Positions 30,017 through 39,800 of a DNA stretch of 64,000 nt are shown piece after piece. The notes below the pieces were generated by a model. The model searched no databases and was not told where the DNA came from. It saw nothing but the letters and a program-made list of their open reading frames with translations. The position numbers and the translations under genes are program-made. Origin of the DNA: Bacillota bacterium (GTDB lineage: Bacteria; Bacillota; Clostridia; Christensenellales; JAEXRW01); assembly GCA_023454175.1 (NCBI GenBank), contig JAEXRW010000028.1, forward strand, positions 2,200 to 66,199, read 5' to 3'. Numbering within the stretch: position 1 is the first letter of the stretch; the number at the start of each line of letters is the position of its first letter.

Positions 30017-30124
30017 ATGGTTGAAACCATTTTAGTTCTTTGCGTCTTTATGGCGCTTCTATTATTTTTGCGGACAAGGGAACCGCAGTTTATTCCGCCA
30101 TCAAAAAACCAATTCATCGCGTGA
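30017..30124 (+). CDS. small hydrophobic peptide (35 aa) divergent from the MazF-like gene
   Basis: AGGAG RBS 7 nt before ATG. Sequence MVETILVLCVFMALLLFLRTREPQFIPPSKNQFIA. Below the ORF-track size cutoff. Confidence 0.3.
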   Translation: MVETILVLCVFMALLLFLRTREPQFIPPSKNQFIA

Positions 30125-30560
30125 TTCAGTTGGCCACATGAACGGGAATACTATAGCCGGTGATGCTATATGATCAAAAAGCAGACGATGGTGAAGCGAA
30201 ACAAGGGCGGCGTGAGCTATGTAGGTTTCATCGAAACTGAGACGAGCAGCAACGCGCCGGTGGGGAGCTATTCGGGAGGACTGGCCAAAAATGCCAAGCA
30301 CAGGTAGCCGAAACCGGTATCCAAAAAACACGTCTTTTTCAGCCTCCAAAATCGAAAGGCATTTCCATTTCATTTGGCCTGCTTACCTGGAAGCCGTCGA
30401 ATATTTGTTTATATTAGCGAAATTTGCCACGTAAATATGTTATAATATACATGTGTGAATAGCACATGCGCACACAACGTTAAAGTGCGTGCGGTCTGTT
30501 TTAACGTCATATGTATTGGCTGCAGCAAGCCATGTATTTATGTAAAGGAGGAAATGCATA

Positions 30561-31229
30561 TTGGATGCATTCTGGGCGGGACTGAACCTGTTTGAAAAGA
30601 TCTACTACTGCATCGCCCTGCCTTTTTCGGCCATCCTGGTGATCCAACTGATCCTCTCCATCGTGGGGCTCGGACACCACGGCGACGTGAGCATGGGGAG
30701 CAGCCATAGCGTTGACACACCCCATGATACTGCATCGAACGACGGGGTCTCGCACGCGGGGCCCCAGCACCATGACACGCAGCGGGAGTACGCGCGGGAG
30801 GAACACGAGTCGATCTCCACGTTCAAGATGTTCACCCTGCGCGGGTTCATCGCATTTTTTGCCATCGCAGGCTGGACGGGCGTGGCGCTGGCCAAAACCA
30901 CATTACCGATCTGGGCGGATATCGCCCTGAGCGTGGCGGCGGGGTGGGCGGCCATGGCCATCGTGGCGGCGATCTTTTCGGCGATGCTGCGGCTGCAATC
31001 GGACGGGACGCTGCGTATGGGCAACACCGTGGGCCAGTACGGCACGGTCTATATCCGCATCCCCGCGAACAGGCAGGGGAAGGGGAAGGTGCAGCTGGTG
31101 GTGCAGGAACAGCTGACGGAGCTTTTCGCCGCGACCGCGGACGAGGCACCGCTCTCCACCGGGGAGAAGATCAAGGTCCTTTCGGTGGAAGGCGGCAACA
31201 CGTTACTCGTGACAAAGGCAAACAAATAA
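30561..31229 (+). CDS. NfeD family membrane protein
   Basis: Three TM helices then a C-terminal OB-fold (GTVYIRIP...GKVQLVV...KIKVLSVEGGNTLLV). RBS GGAGGAA. Immediately upstream of the flotillin gene. Confidence 0.75.
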   Translation: MDAFWAGLNLFEKIYYCIALPFSAILVIQLILSIVGLGHHGDVSMGSSHSVDTPHDTASNDGVSHAGPQHHDTQREYAREEHESISTFKMFTLRGFIAFFAIAGWTGVALAKTTLPIWADIALSVAAGWAAMAIVAAIFSAMLRLQSDGTLRMGNTVGQYGTVYIRIPANRQGKGKVQLVVQEQLTELFAATADEAPLSTGEKIKVLSVEGGNTLLVTKANK

Positions 31230-31246
31230 CATAAACGGAGGATACT

Positions 31247-32755
31247 ATGGAAGGCGGAATCATCGCTCTGATCGTGACAGGCTCGGTCATCCTATTCATC
31301 CTTTTTATCATGTTCCTCTCGCGGTACAAGAAGTGCCCATCGGACAGGATCATGGTGGTGTACGGCAACGTGGGGCGGACGAAGGACGGCTCCCAAAGGA
31401 GCGCCAAGTGCATCCACGGCGGCGCGGCCTTCGTGTGGCCCATCGTGCAAAGCTACCGGTTCCTCTCCCTGACGCCGATCTCCATCGAAGTGCTGCTGCG
31501 CAGCGCGCTGAGCAAGCAGAACATCCGCATCGACGTGCCTTCACGCTTCACGGTGGGTATCTCCACCGAGCCGGGCATCATGCAGAACGCTGCGGAACGG
31601 CTGCTGGGACTGGCGCTGCCCGATATCCAGGAGCTGGCCAAGGACATCATCTTCGGCCAGCTGCGTTTGGTCGTAGCGACGATGGACATCGAAGAGATCA
31701 ACACCGACAGGGACAAGTTCCTGGCGGCGGTATCCAACAACGTTGAAACAGAACTCAACAAAATCGGCCTGAGGCTCATCAACGTGAACGTGACGGACAT
31801 CAACGACGAATCGGGCTATATCGAGGCGCTGGGCAAGGAAGCGGCGGCCAAGGCCATCAACGACGCGAAACGGACCGTAGCGGAGAAGGACAAGGAAGGC
31901 GCCATCGGCCAGGCCAACGCCAACAGGGACCAGCGCATCGAGGTCTCGGCGGCGAACTCCCGCGCCATCGAAGGGGAAAACACCGCCAAGATCACCATCG
32001 CAAACTCGGACTCGGAACGGCGCGAGAAGGAGGCCGAAGCCCTGCGGCGCGCTACCGCGGCGGAGAAGGTGCAGACGGCCATGGCGCTGAAGGAATCCTA
32101 CGCGGCAGAAGAACAAGCCGAATTGCAGCGTGCGGCACGCGAAAAGGCGACGCGGGAAGCCGACATCATCATCCAGGCCGAGATCGAAAAGCGCAGGATC
32201 GAGATCTCCGCGGAAGCCGAGGCGGAACAGCTGCGGCGGAAGGCGCGCGGCGAGGCGGATGCCATCTTTGCACAGATGGAGGCAAGGGCACGCGGCATCA
32301 AGGAAGTGCTGAACAAGCAGGCCGAGGGCTTCGAGGGGATCATCCATGCGGCGGGCGGAAACGCGGACGACGCGGTGCACATGATGATCGCGGACAAGCT
32401 GGAAGCGCTGGTGGAAAAACAGGTCGAGGCTATCAAAAATATCAAGATCGACAAGATCACGGTGTGGGAGAACGGGCAGAACAAGGACGGGCAGACGTCC
32501 ACGGCTTCGTTCCTCTCGGGGCTGCTGAAATCCATCCCGCCGATGAACGAGATGTTTGACATGGCGGGGATGACGCTGCCGACATACCTGGGGGAATCCA
32601 AGGACAAGGCAAAGGCGGCGGACACAAAGAGCGTCAAAATCGAAGCCGAGGCGACGGTGAAGGACGCGGAACCCGAAGAGAAGGATCCGGAGCCGGACCA
32701 CCCGGCCAAGAAGAGGCTCGTGGACCCGCCCAAAGACAAAGGCGACTGGAGATAG
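31247..32755 (+). CDS. floT: flotillin (SPFH domain) protein
   Basis: N-terminal TM, SPFH domain, and long Ala/Glu-rich flotillin repeat region. About 500 aa like FloT. NfeD-flotillin operon arrangement. Strong terminator downstream. Confidence 0.7.
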   Translation: MEGGIIALIVTGSVILFILFIMFLSRYKKCPSDRIMVVYGNVGRTKDGSQRSAKCIHGGAAFVWPIVQSYRFLSLTPISIEVLLRSALSKQNIRIDVPSRFTVGISTEPGIMQNAAERLLGLALPDIQELAKDIIFGQLRLVVATMDIEEINTDRDKFLAAVSNNVETELNKIGLRLINVNVTDINDESGYIEALGKEAAAKAINDAKRTVAEKDKEGAIGQANANRDQRIEVSAANSRAIEGENTAKITIANSDSERREKEAEALRRATAAEKVQTAMALKESYAAEEQAELQRAAREKATREADIIIQAEIEKRRIEISAEAEAEQLRRKARGEADAIFAQMEARARGIKEVLNKQAEGFEGIIHAAGGNADDAVHMMIADKLEALVEKQVEAIKNIKIDKITVWENGQNKDGQTSTASFLSGLLKSIPPMNEMFDMAGMTLPTYLGESKDKAKAADTKSVKIEAEATVKDAEPEEKDPEPDHPAKKRLVDPPKDKGDWR

Positions 32756-32765
32756 TGAATATAAA

Positions 32766-32798
32766 AAAAGAAAAACCCTGAGGGGTTTTTCTTTTTTT
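32766..32798 (+). terminator. rho-independent terminator after flotillin gene
   Basis: aaaaaccctgaggggttttt followed by ctttttttag. Confidence 0.8.
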
Positions 32799-33015
32799 AG
32801 TTGACAGTTGACAGCTAACAGTTAACAATAGCGGAATGCATAGGGAGCATACGACCCTTACGGGTTGATTGGGGTTGCCTCCCATTGGGGCATGAATTTG
32901 CAATCCTGTGGGAGTAAACCCCACAGCCGTCGTTTCGCTACGCTCACTACGGCAGCTCACCCTACAGTGGATGCGATGCACCCACTTGGGGAGCCATGCG
33001 ACGGGTCCTGGGGCG
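32799..33015 (+). repeat. mosaic intergenic repeat element (AGTTGAC/AGCTAAC heptads, then AATAGCGGAATGC, GGCAGCTCACCCTA module, GGGGAGCCATGCGACGGGTCCTGGGG module)
   Basis: Follows the flotillin terminator. Modules are shared with 58600, 52296 and 2435. Confidence 0.65.
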
Positions 33016-33318
33016 GAATAACTGGTAATTCAGATAAAGGTATAACCGGAACCAGAAGAATACATACTGGCTACACACACGGGTGAAAGCGCTCTATGCG
33101 ATGGAGAAACACCTCATCCGGCACCATGGATTCCAATTGGAGCAATTGGAATCACTATGGCGCCACCTTCCCCTCAAAGGGGAAGGCTTTGAGAGTCCGA
33201 TTTCAGGTTAAAGTTGAGAACTGCGGTGAGACCGGTGGCTGTTTCCTGATACGATGGAGGAGGCGCACTGCTGTAAAAACCCCACCCAGGCCTTTACAGC
33301 AGTGCGGCAGGGGAAATA

Positions 33319-35493
33319 TCAATATTTGAGCTCCGTGGCCTGGCCGGTGAGCTCGAAGGTGATCTCAAGCGGTTTTCTGCCTGTGAGCTTTACACTGCGG
33401 CTGTCGGGCTGGCTCCCGCCCACATAGACCCTGAACATGCCCGACTCCAGCACGCATTTACCATCATCATTTATGAGCGCCAGAAGCCTGGGGGTGAGGG
33501 TGAAGACGGCCTTTGCCTTCGCGCCGGGTTTCAGGAAGATATTCCTGATGCCCGCAAGCCGCCATTTGGGCACATCCACGGAGGCCTCCATGTCCTGCAG
33601 GTAAAGCTGCACCACCTCGCTGCCCGCATACCGCCCGGTGTTCTTTACGGTAACAGAGCATTGAACGGTCTCACCAACAGCATATTTTTCGCTGCCCAAT
33701 TGCAGGTCATCGTATTCGAACTCCGCGTAGCCCAGGCCGAAACCGAAGGGATAGAGCGCCTCGTTTTTCATATACCGGTAGGTGCGGCCCTGCATGGCGT
33801 AATCCAGGAAATCCGGCAGCTCCTCCGCCGTACGGTAGAACGTGACGGGGAGGCGGCCCGAGGGGGAGTATTCCCCGAACAGGAGGGACGCGATGGCCTT
33901 GCCGCCCTGCGCGCCGGGATAGAAGGCCTGCAGGATCGCGGGGACGTGCTCGTCGGCCCAGGACACTGCCAATGCGCTCCCGGACAGAAGTATCAGTATT
34001 ACAGGTTTACCCGTGTTACATACAGCCTCGAGCAGGTCCTGCTGGACGCCCGGCAGGTTCAGATTCAGCTTATCCCCGCTGGAATATTCATTGGACGTAT
34101 CGCCTTCCTCGCCCTCAACGAATTCATCCAGACCCAGGCATACGACGGATACATCCGCCTTTTGCGCCGCAGCCACGGCCTCGGAGAACCCGTCCCGGGG
34201 CTTTGCGAGGACCTGCAGCCTGTCCCTGTACAAATGGCAGCCTTCCGCATAGTACACACGGACATCTTCGCCCACATGATCCTGGATGCCCTCCAGCACC
34301 GTGGTGTAGCGCGAGGCGGCGCCGTGGTAATTACCCATCAGCGCAGCACGGCTGTTGGCATTGGGGCCGATGACCGCGATGGACTTCAGTTTCTTTTTAT
34401 CCAGCGGCAGGAGGTTATTTTCGTTCTTCAGGAGGACCAAAGAGCGTTTGGACATCTCCAGCGCGAAGGCGTTATGGGCCTTGCTGTCATTCTCTTCGTA
34501 CCCGATCCCTGCATACGGCACATCCGCCGGGTCGTCAAACATCCCCAGCTTCATGCGCGTGACGAAAAGCCGCACCAGCGCACGATCCAGCATCTCTTCC
34601 GTGACAAGGCCTTCCTGATAGGCCACGGTGAGCTGCGAATAAAGGCAGCCGCAATTCAGGTCGCAGCCATTTTTCAGGGCGAGCGCCACGGATTCGGCGG
34701 CATTTCTGGTGACCCTGTGCCCTTCATGGAAGTCCTTGATCGCCCAGCAGTCCGACGTGACATGCCCCCTAAAACCCCATTCCTGCCGAAGGATATCCTC
34801 CAGCAGCGTTTTGCTGCCGCAGCAGGGCTCCCCGTTGGTCCGGTTGTACGCGCCCATCACGGACTCCACCCCGGCCTCCTGCACGCACTCCTTAAATGCG
34901 GGCAGGTAGGTCTCGCGCAGGTCCTTCTTCGATACGACCGCATTGAATTCATGCCGGCCCGCTTCGGGGCCGCTGTGCACGGCGTAGTGCTTGGCGCACG
35001 CGGCGGCTTTCAGGTACCGGGGATGGTCGCCCTGGATGCCTTTGATAAAAGCCATGCCCAGCCTGCCCGTTAAAAACGGATCTTCCCCGTAGGTCTCCTG
35101 GCCCCTGCCCCAGCGCGGGTCCCGGAAGATATTGATATTGGGGGACCAGAAAGTGAGCCCCTTGAATATGTCATGATCGCCTTGCCGCTGGAATTCGTGG
35201 TATTTGGCACGCCCTTCGGTGGAGATGATGCATGCCTCCCGGTATACCATGTCTTCATCAAAGGTGGCCGCCATGCCGATAGCCTGGGGGAACATGGTGG
35301 AGACGCCCGCCCGCGCAACGCCGTGGAGGGCTTCACCCCACCAATTGTAGGAGGGGATCCCCAACCGATCGATGGCGGGCGAATCATGCAGCATCTGCGA
35401 TACTTTTTCACCCACGCTCATCCTGGAGACGAGGTCCCTGGCTCTTTCTTCAAAACTGCGGTTTTGATCCTGGTAGACGGGCAGATCAGACAT
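33319..35493 (-). CDS. glycoside hydrolase family 3 beta-glucosidase/beta-xylosidase
   Basis: SYNWWGEALHGV, GFRGHVTSDC (GH3 catalytic Asp region), and C-terminal fibronectin-like domain. 724 aa. Confidence 0.8.
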   Translation of the reverse strand: MSDLPVYQDQNRSFEERARDLVSRMSVGEKVSQMLHDSPAIDRLGIPSYNWWGEALHGVARAGVSTMFPQAIGMAATFDEDMVYREACIISTEGRAKYHEFQRQGDHDIFKGLTFWSPNINIFRDPRWGRGQETYGEDPFLTGRLGMAFIKGIQGDHPRYLKAAACAKHYAVHSGPEAGRHEFNAVVSKKDLRETYLPAFKECVQEAGVESVMGAYNRTNGEPCCGSKTLLEDILRQEWGFRGHVTSDCWAIKDFHEGHRVTRNAAESVALALKNGCDLNCGCLYSQLTVAYQEGLVTEEMLDRALVRLFVTRMKLGMFDDPADVPYAGIGYEENDSKAHNAFALEMSKRSLVLLKNENNLLPLDKKKLKSIAVIGPNANSRAALMGNYHGAASRYTTVLEGIQDHVGEDVRVYYAEGCHLYRDRLQVLAKPRDGFSEAVAAAQKADVSVVCLGLDEFVEGEEGDTSNEYSSGDKLNLNLPGVQQDLLEAVCNTGKPVILILLSGSALAVSWADEHVPAILQAFYPGAQGGKAIASLLFGEYSPSGRLPVTFYRTAEELPDFLDYAMQGRTYRYMKNEALYPFGFGLGYAEFEYDDLQLGSEKYAVGETVQCSVTVKNTGRYAGSEVVQLYLQDMEASVDVPKWRLAGIRNIFLKPGAKAKAVFTLTPRLLALINDDGKCVLESGMFRVYVGGSQPDSRSVKLTGRKPLEITFELTGQATELKY

Positions 35494-35545
35494 ATGAACC
35501 CCCTATAACGATATGATTTTATTTTTTGCCCTGCAAAGAGTCCGA

Positions 35546-35645
35546 TACCGATTTACATCAATATAGCATAAAATGTAACTAATACGTTCAATTGGTTATA
35601 TTATATCTCAAAACAGTGATAAAATAAATAGAAACCGATTTACAT
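35546..35645. promoter_or_regulatory. pair of 12-bp direct repeats ACCGATTTACAT in the GH3/TetR divergent intergenic region
   Basis: Copies at 35546-35557 and 35634-35645. Candidate operator sites. Confidence 0.35.
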
Positions 35646-35842
35646 ACGCGAGATTATTTCAACTGAAACAAAGTATGCGCAGGCCAGAAGACCAGCCATC
35701 CATCATACAGTACGGCCAATGCGTCCATACAGCCGCATCCATGGGCTTCATTCGGCAGGATAACCCAAAACTATTGGAAGAAACCGGACGTGAACCTATT
35801 TACAAAGGCGCGGGCATATTGTAATATGAAACCATCCTATAA

Positions 35843-36445
35843 ATGAACGAAGGTTTATTTATGCAATACCTCAAGGACGGGATACGGGAAAACATCGTGG
35901 CGGCGGCGCTGAAGGAATTCAAGGAGCACGGCTTCCTGGAGGCCAACATGCGCAACATCGCATGGCAGGCGGGCATCACCGTGGGCAACATCTACCGGTA
36001 TTTCAAGAGCAAGGACGCGCTCTTTGAAGAGATCATGGAACCGGTAAAGGAATGCATGATGGACCTGCTCTTCGTGGACAAACGCGAGGGCGGGTACGGA
36101 CAGGACAACACGCTGAACCTGGACGCCGTGATGGAGAGCGTGCTGCAGGTGTGCAGGCAGTACAGCCCCGAGCTATTGGTTCTCATCTATAAGAGCAAGG
36201 GCTCGAAATACGAGAACATCAAGGAGGAATTCATCTCCCTGATCGAAAAACGGATCGTGGAGGACGTATTCCCGGCGCGGTTCCTCCAGAACCAGGACAG
36301 GCCGCTGGCGTATGTGATGGCGGCGACATTCGCGGAGGGGCTTTTCATCGTATTGAAGAAATACGAACCCGATATCGAGAAGATCGACATGCTGATACGG
36401 CAGCTGGTAGCCATCTTTTTCAAGGAGAAGCTTCGAACCGCATAG
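35843..36445 (+). CDS. TetR/AcrR family transcriptional regulator
   Basis: N-terminal HTH (AAALKEFKEHGFLEANMRNIAWQAGITVGNIYRYFKSKDALF). Confidence 0.75.
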   Translation: MNEGLFMQYLKDGIRENIVAAALKEFKEHGFLEANMRNIAWQAGITVGNIYRYFKSKDALFEEIMEPVKECMMDLLFVDKREGGYGQDNTLNLDAVMESVLQVCRQYSPELLVLIYKSKGSKYENIKEEFISLIEKRIVEDVFPARFLQNQDRPLAYVMAATFAEGLFIVLKKYEPDIEKIDMLIRQLVAIFFKEKLRTA

Positions 36446-36707
36446 CTTTCCATGATGGGGTAAACGCGCATACAAGGCTGCTCAAACTCGCGCACAGCAC
36501 CGGGGCACCCTCGATGCTTACTCCGCATGTGCGTGGCCGTCCGCTCAGCCCAGAACACTCCAAAGGAGTGTTTTTTGCTTTGCGCTGCCTGCCATCATGA
36601 CGTCCGCACTCGGCTGTGGGTGCTCGACCGGAGCACACTTTGCAAGCATATTTGCCGCAACGCGGGACGACTATTGCACGGCTGCTGCCTCTGGCGGTAT
36701 CGAAAAC

Positions 36708-36770
36708 TCATATAAGCTTTTCAAAGTCTGCAAGCTGCGGACTAATCGGCAAAACGTTTATGCTATAATT
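36708..36770 (+). promoter_or_regulatory. conserved promoter cassette copy A (catataag...TCTGCAAGCTGCGGACTAATCGGCAA...17 nt...TATAAT)
   Basis: The 26-nt core is shared with 49691-49716 (3 mismatches). ACTAAT sits 17 nt upstream of TATAAT. Lies about 85 nt upstream of the GH5-like gene start. Confidence 0.45.
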
Positions 36771-36856
36771 CATTTGCCTCCATACAAGGGCAGGCAGGTC
36801 AATCAAGCCATAAATTCTGATAATACGGGAAAGCCGCGAACCGGGGAGGGGTCTTT

Positions 36857-39800
36857 TTGAAACGCGTTATATCGTCCCTGCTTGTATTCATTTTGCTGGT
36901 TCTGATCATCCCGATACAGGCGCAGGCGCATGCCGGCCAGACGCTTCAGAAGTTCCGCGTAGCGGTTGACGGCAAAGCATACCAGGCAAGCGGAACTATA
37001 GGAAGCCAGGACGGGGAGCTTTACCTTCCGCCCTCGGTCATCAAACAGCTGCTCGGCGCACTGCCCACGGCCGCCGTCAAACGGAACGAAGCGGGGTATG
37101 CCAGCCTGAAAGGCGCCTGCGATGAAATACACGCATCGTACTATGAGTATGACTCCGTCCTGAAGGCAGCTTATATATGGAAGGACCTGGGCGACAAGGG
37201 CATGGAGGAGGCCAGAATCGGCTACTATGGGCTCGGCACGCCTTCCAATCATGCGATCACATACAAACAGTTCTTTTCCATTTTGGATCATGCGGTCGAA
37301 ATAGCGGATGATACGAAACTGGCGGCATGGGAGAGCAAATTTGCGCTGGGCCGGAACTCCGATAAAGTCATGACACGCTTTGAGGGGATGATGGCTATAT
37401 TAAATGCCGCCACGCTGCTGGGGCCGGACTTCAGCGAATTCAACGCGAACTGGACCGGGCTGAACGAACGGATCGGGGAAAAAGTGTGGGACGAATTAAA
37501 CACAATACCGAACCCCTATGAATTCATCCCAAACCATTATCCTTATGCACTGGGCGGATTTCAAAACACCACATATGTTTATGACTGGGACGACTGCGGC
37601 GTGGCGTACAGGTATGCTTTCGGCCGGGTATCCCTCGTAAGCGGCAAGCTCCTTTTTGATTACGATGAGAACCGCAACTCCATGCGTCCCGCCGATACCA
37701 TGACGTTTACGGAGGCATTGAACGCCACCGCTCGTTTCCTGGACTCCCGTGAACAGCCGGACCAATATATCTCCCTTTCAAGCAACGAGGCATTAAACTA
37801 TGACCAGGCTTATTTAACGGATAATTTACTCAATAAATCCATGGCACTGCCCGGCATCTCCGACGAAAACCTTCCCCAGTGGCACGGTTTTGTGCTGCCC
37901 GGCGGGTCCTATGAGGAAACAGATATCGATACAGTGCTGTGGGACAGGAATCTGCGCAAGATCGCCGACTGGGGCTTCAACAGCGTACGATATATGCTGA
38001 CCTACCAGACATTGTTCGATGCGCATGCGACCCAGGTAAACCTGGCCAACCTGAGAAAGCTGGACATGGTAGTCGCGTCCGCGATCAAATACAACCTGCA
38101 CCTGAACATCGTAACATTCAGCCTGCCGGGAAGATGGACAAAGACGGATTTCGATACGTATACCTCCACCGGCTCCCTCGATCTCTTTACAAATACCGAA
38201 GAGCAGGAAGAAGCGAAAGCCGTATGGGCGCTGATAGCCAAACGGTACAGGAACATACCGAGCGCATCACTTTCCTTTTGCCCGCTGTGGGAAGCTACAA
38301 ATACCGATTTGAGCAGCGGGCTGCCGGTAGACCCTTATACGATCACTGATGTAAGCAAGGTCTATTGCGACCTGATCGGCGCCATCCGGGAAAATGATCC
38401 GGACAGGTTTATCGTATATGAACCCACTTGCAACAATAATTGTCCGCAGCTCATCAATGAAGCGCAGGAGATCCGCAGCGATATCGAGGACCAGTATAAC
38501 GATGTACTCATGATATCGAACTTCTGTGAGCAGCCATTTGTATACGCGGAAATGACGGCCGTCCAGGGCGAACACATCGACCACAACAACCATTCCATGT
38601 TCAAGCCTGCCTATCCGGTAACGGTATACGCAGCACAGCAGCGCATCCCAAACGGATCGCCGCTCAACCTGAACGGCGCGCTGGTGGCTGGGACGGTGAT
38701 CGACATCTATCTTTCCAAAGCGGAGGGAAGCGGCACCTTCAAAATGACGGCGGACGGCGCCGAACTGTACAGCGAAACGCTTTCGGATACCACCTATCAC
38801 ACCGATAACCCGCTTTCCAGATTCTATCCGTACGCGAAAAGCGATAAGCACATCCGCGTGACCCTGCCGTCCGATACGGATCACCTGCAGATCAGCTACA
38901 GCGGGGACGCCTTTAGCTGGAGCGGGCTGGATGTGACCCTTCCGCAGGGATACGCCGTAAACCGCTGGTGGTACATGTCTTTCTATGATGCGGATATGGC
39001 CGGCACGGAATGGGCGCCGCCGGCTTTAAAACCCACTTCCAGGATCATGATCTCCCCGTTTGACAGGATGAATGGGCGCAATATCACCATCCATCCCGAC
39101 ATCACGTATACCACCGATGAAGCCTATGACCGGGCCAATAAACAGACGGTCGAAAACTGGGGGGAAGCCATGGCGGATTTTTCCCCAAACCTTTTGGTAC
39201 GCGCCGAGCGCGCATGCTTTTGTATCGGCAGCGAATATGAATCCAGCATACAATACTATGACGATTTCCTGACGATGTGCGACGAACACGGGTTCAGCTG
39301 GTTCAGCAATGATTATATCGATATCTTCTCGAATTCGAGCCAAACGATGTATGCCGGCGCTGAAAAAGACCGGTACCAGGACGGCTACCTTTTGACGGAT
39401 ATGCTGAAAGTGTATCAGAAGCATTTGCCGCAACCCACCACGCTGGAAGCGATCCAATATCCCATATCTGCAGCCCCAAACGACAGCTCCCGCGGAAGCG
39501 TAACGGGCGGCGGAACCTATGACGAGGGCGCTACGGCGACGCTGCACGCTGAACGCAAAACGGGCTACCGGTTCGTGCGGTGGACGGAAGGGAGCGCGCA
39601 GGCATCGACCAAGGCGGATTACAGCTTTGCTGTAACGGGAGAACGAAACCTCACCGCAGAATTCGCCCCCCTAATACCGACAGGCATCCGATATTCAAAG
39701 ACAGACGCGACGCTCTACGGCGCTGCAAACGGCACCATCTCCATCACGGCATCGGGCGGGGACAGCGGCACATACCAATACTCTGCGGATGGCGGCGCAA

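Noticed and set aside
31541-32701. 386-aa ORF on the - strand
   Set aside because: Antisense to the flotillin gene, with an Arg/Leu/Pro-rich artefact frame.
33661-35073. 470-aa ORF on the + strand
   Set aside because: Antisense to the GH3 beta-glucosidase gene, with low-complexity Arg/Ala/Gly-rich translation.
36727-36752. Conserved promoter core considered as a sigma-54 (TGGCAC-N5-TTGC) site
   Set aside because: CTGCAAGCTGCG does not match the GG/GC spacing of -24/-12 elements.
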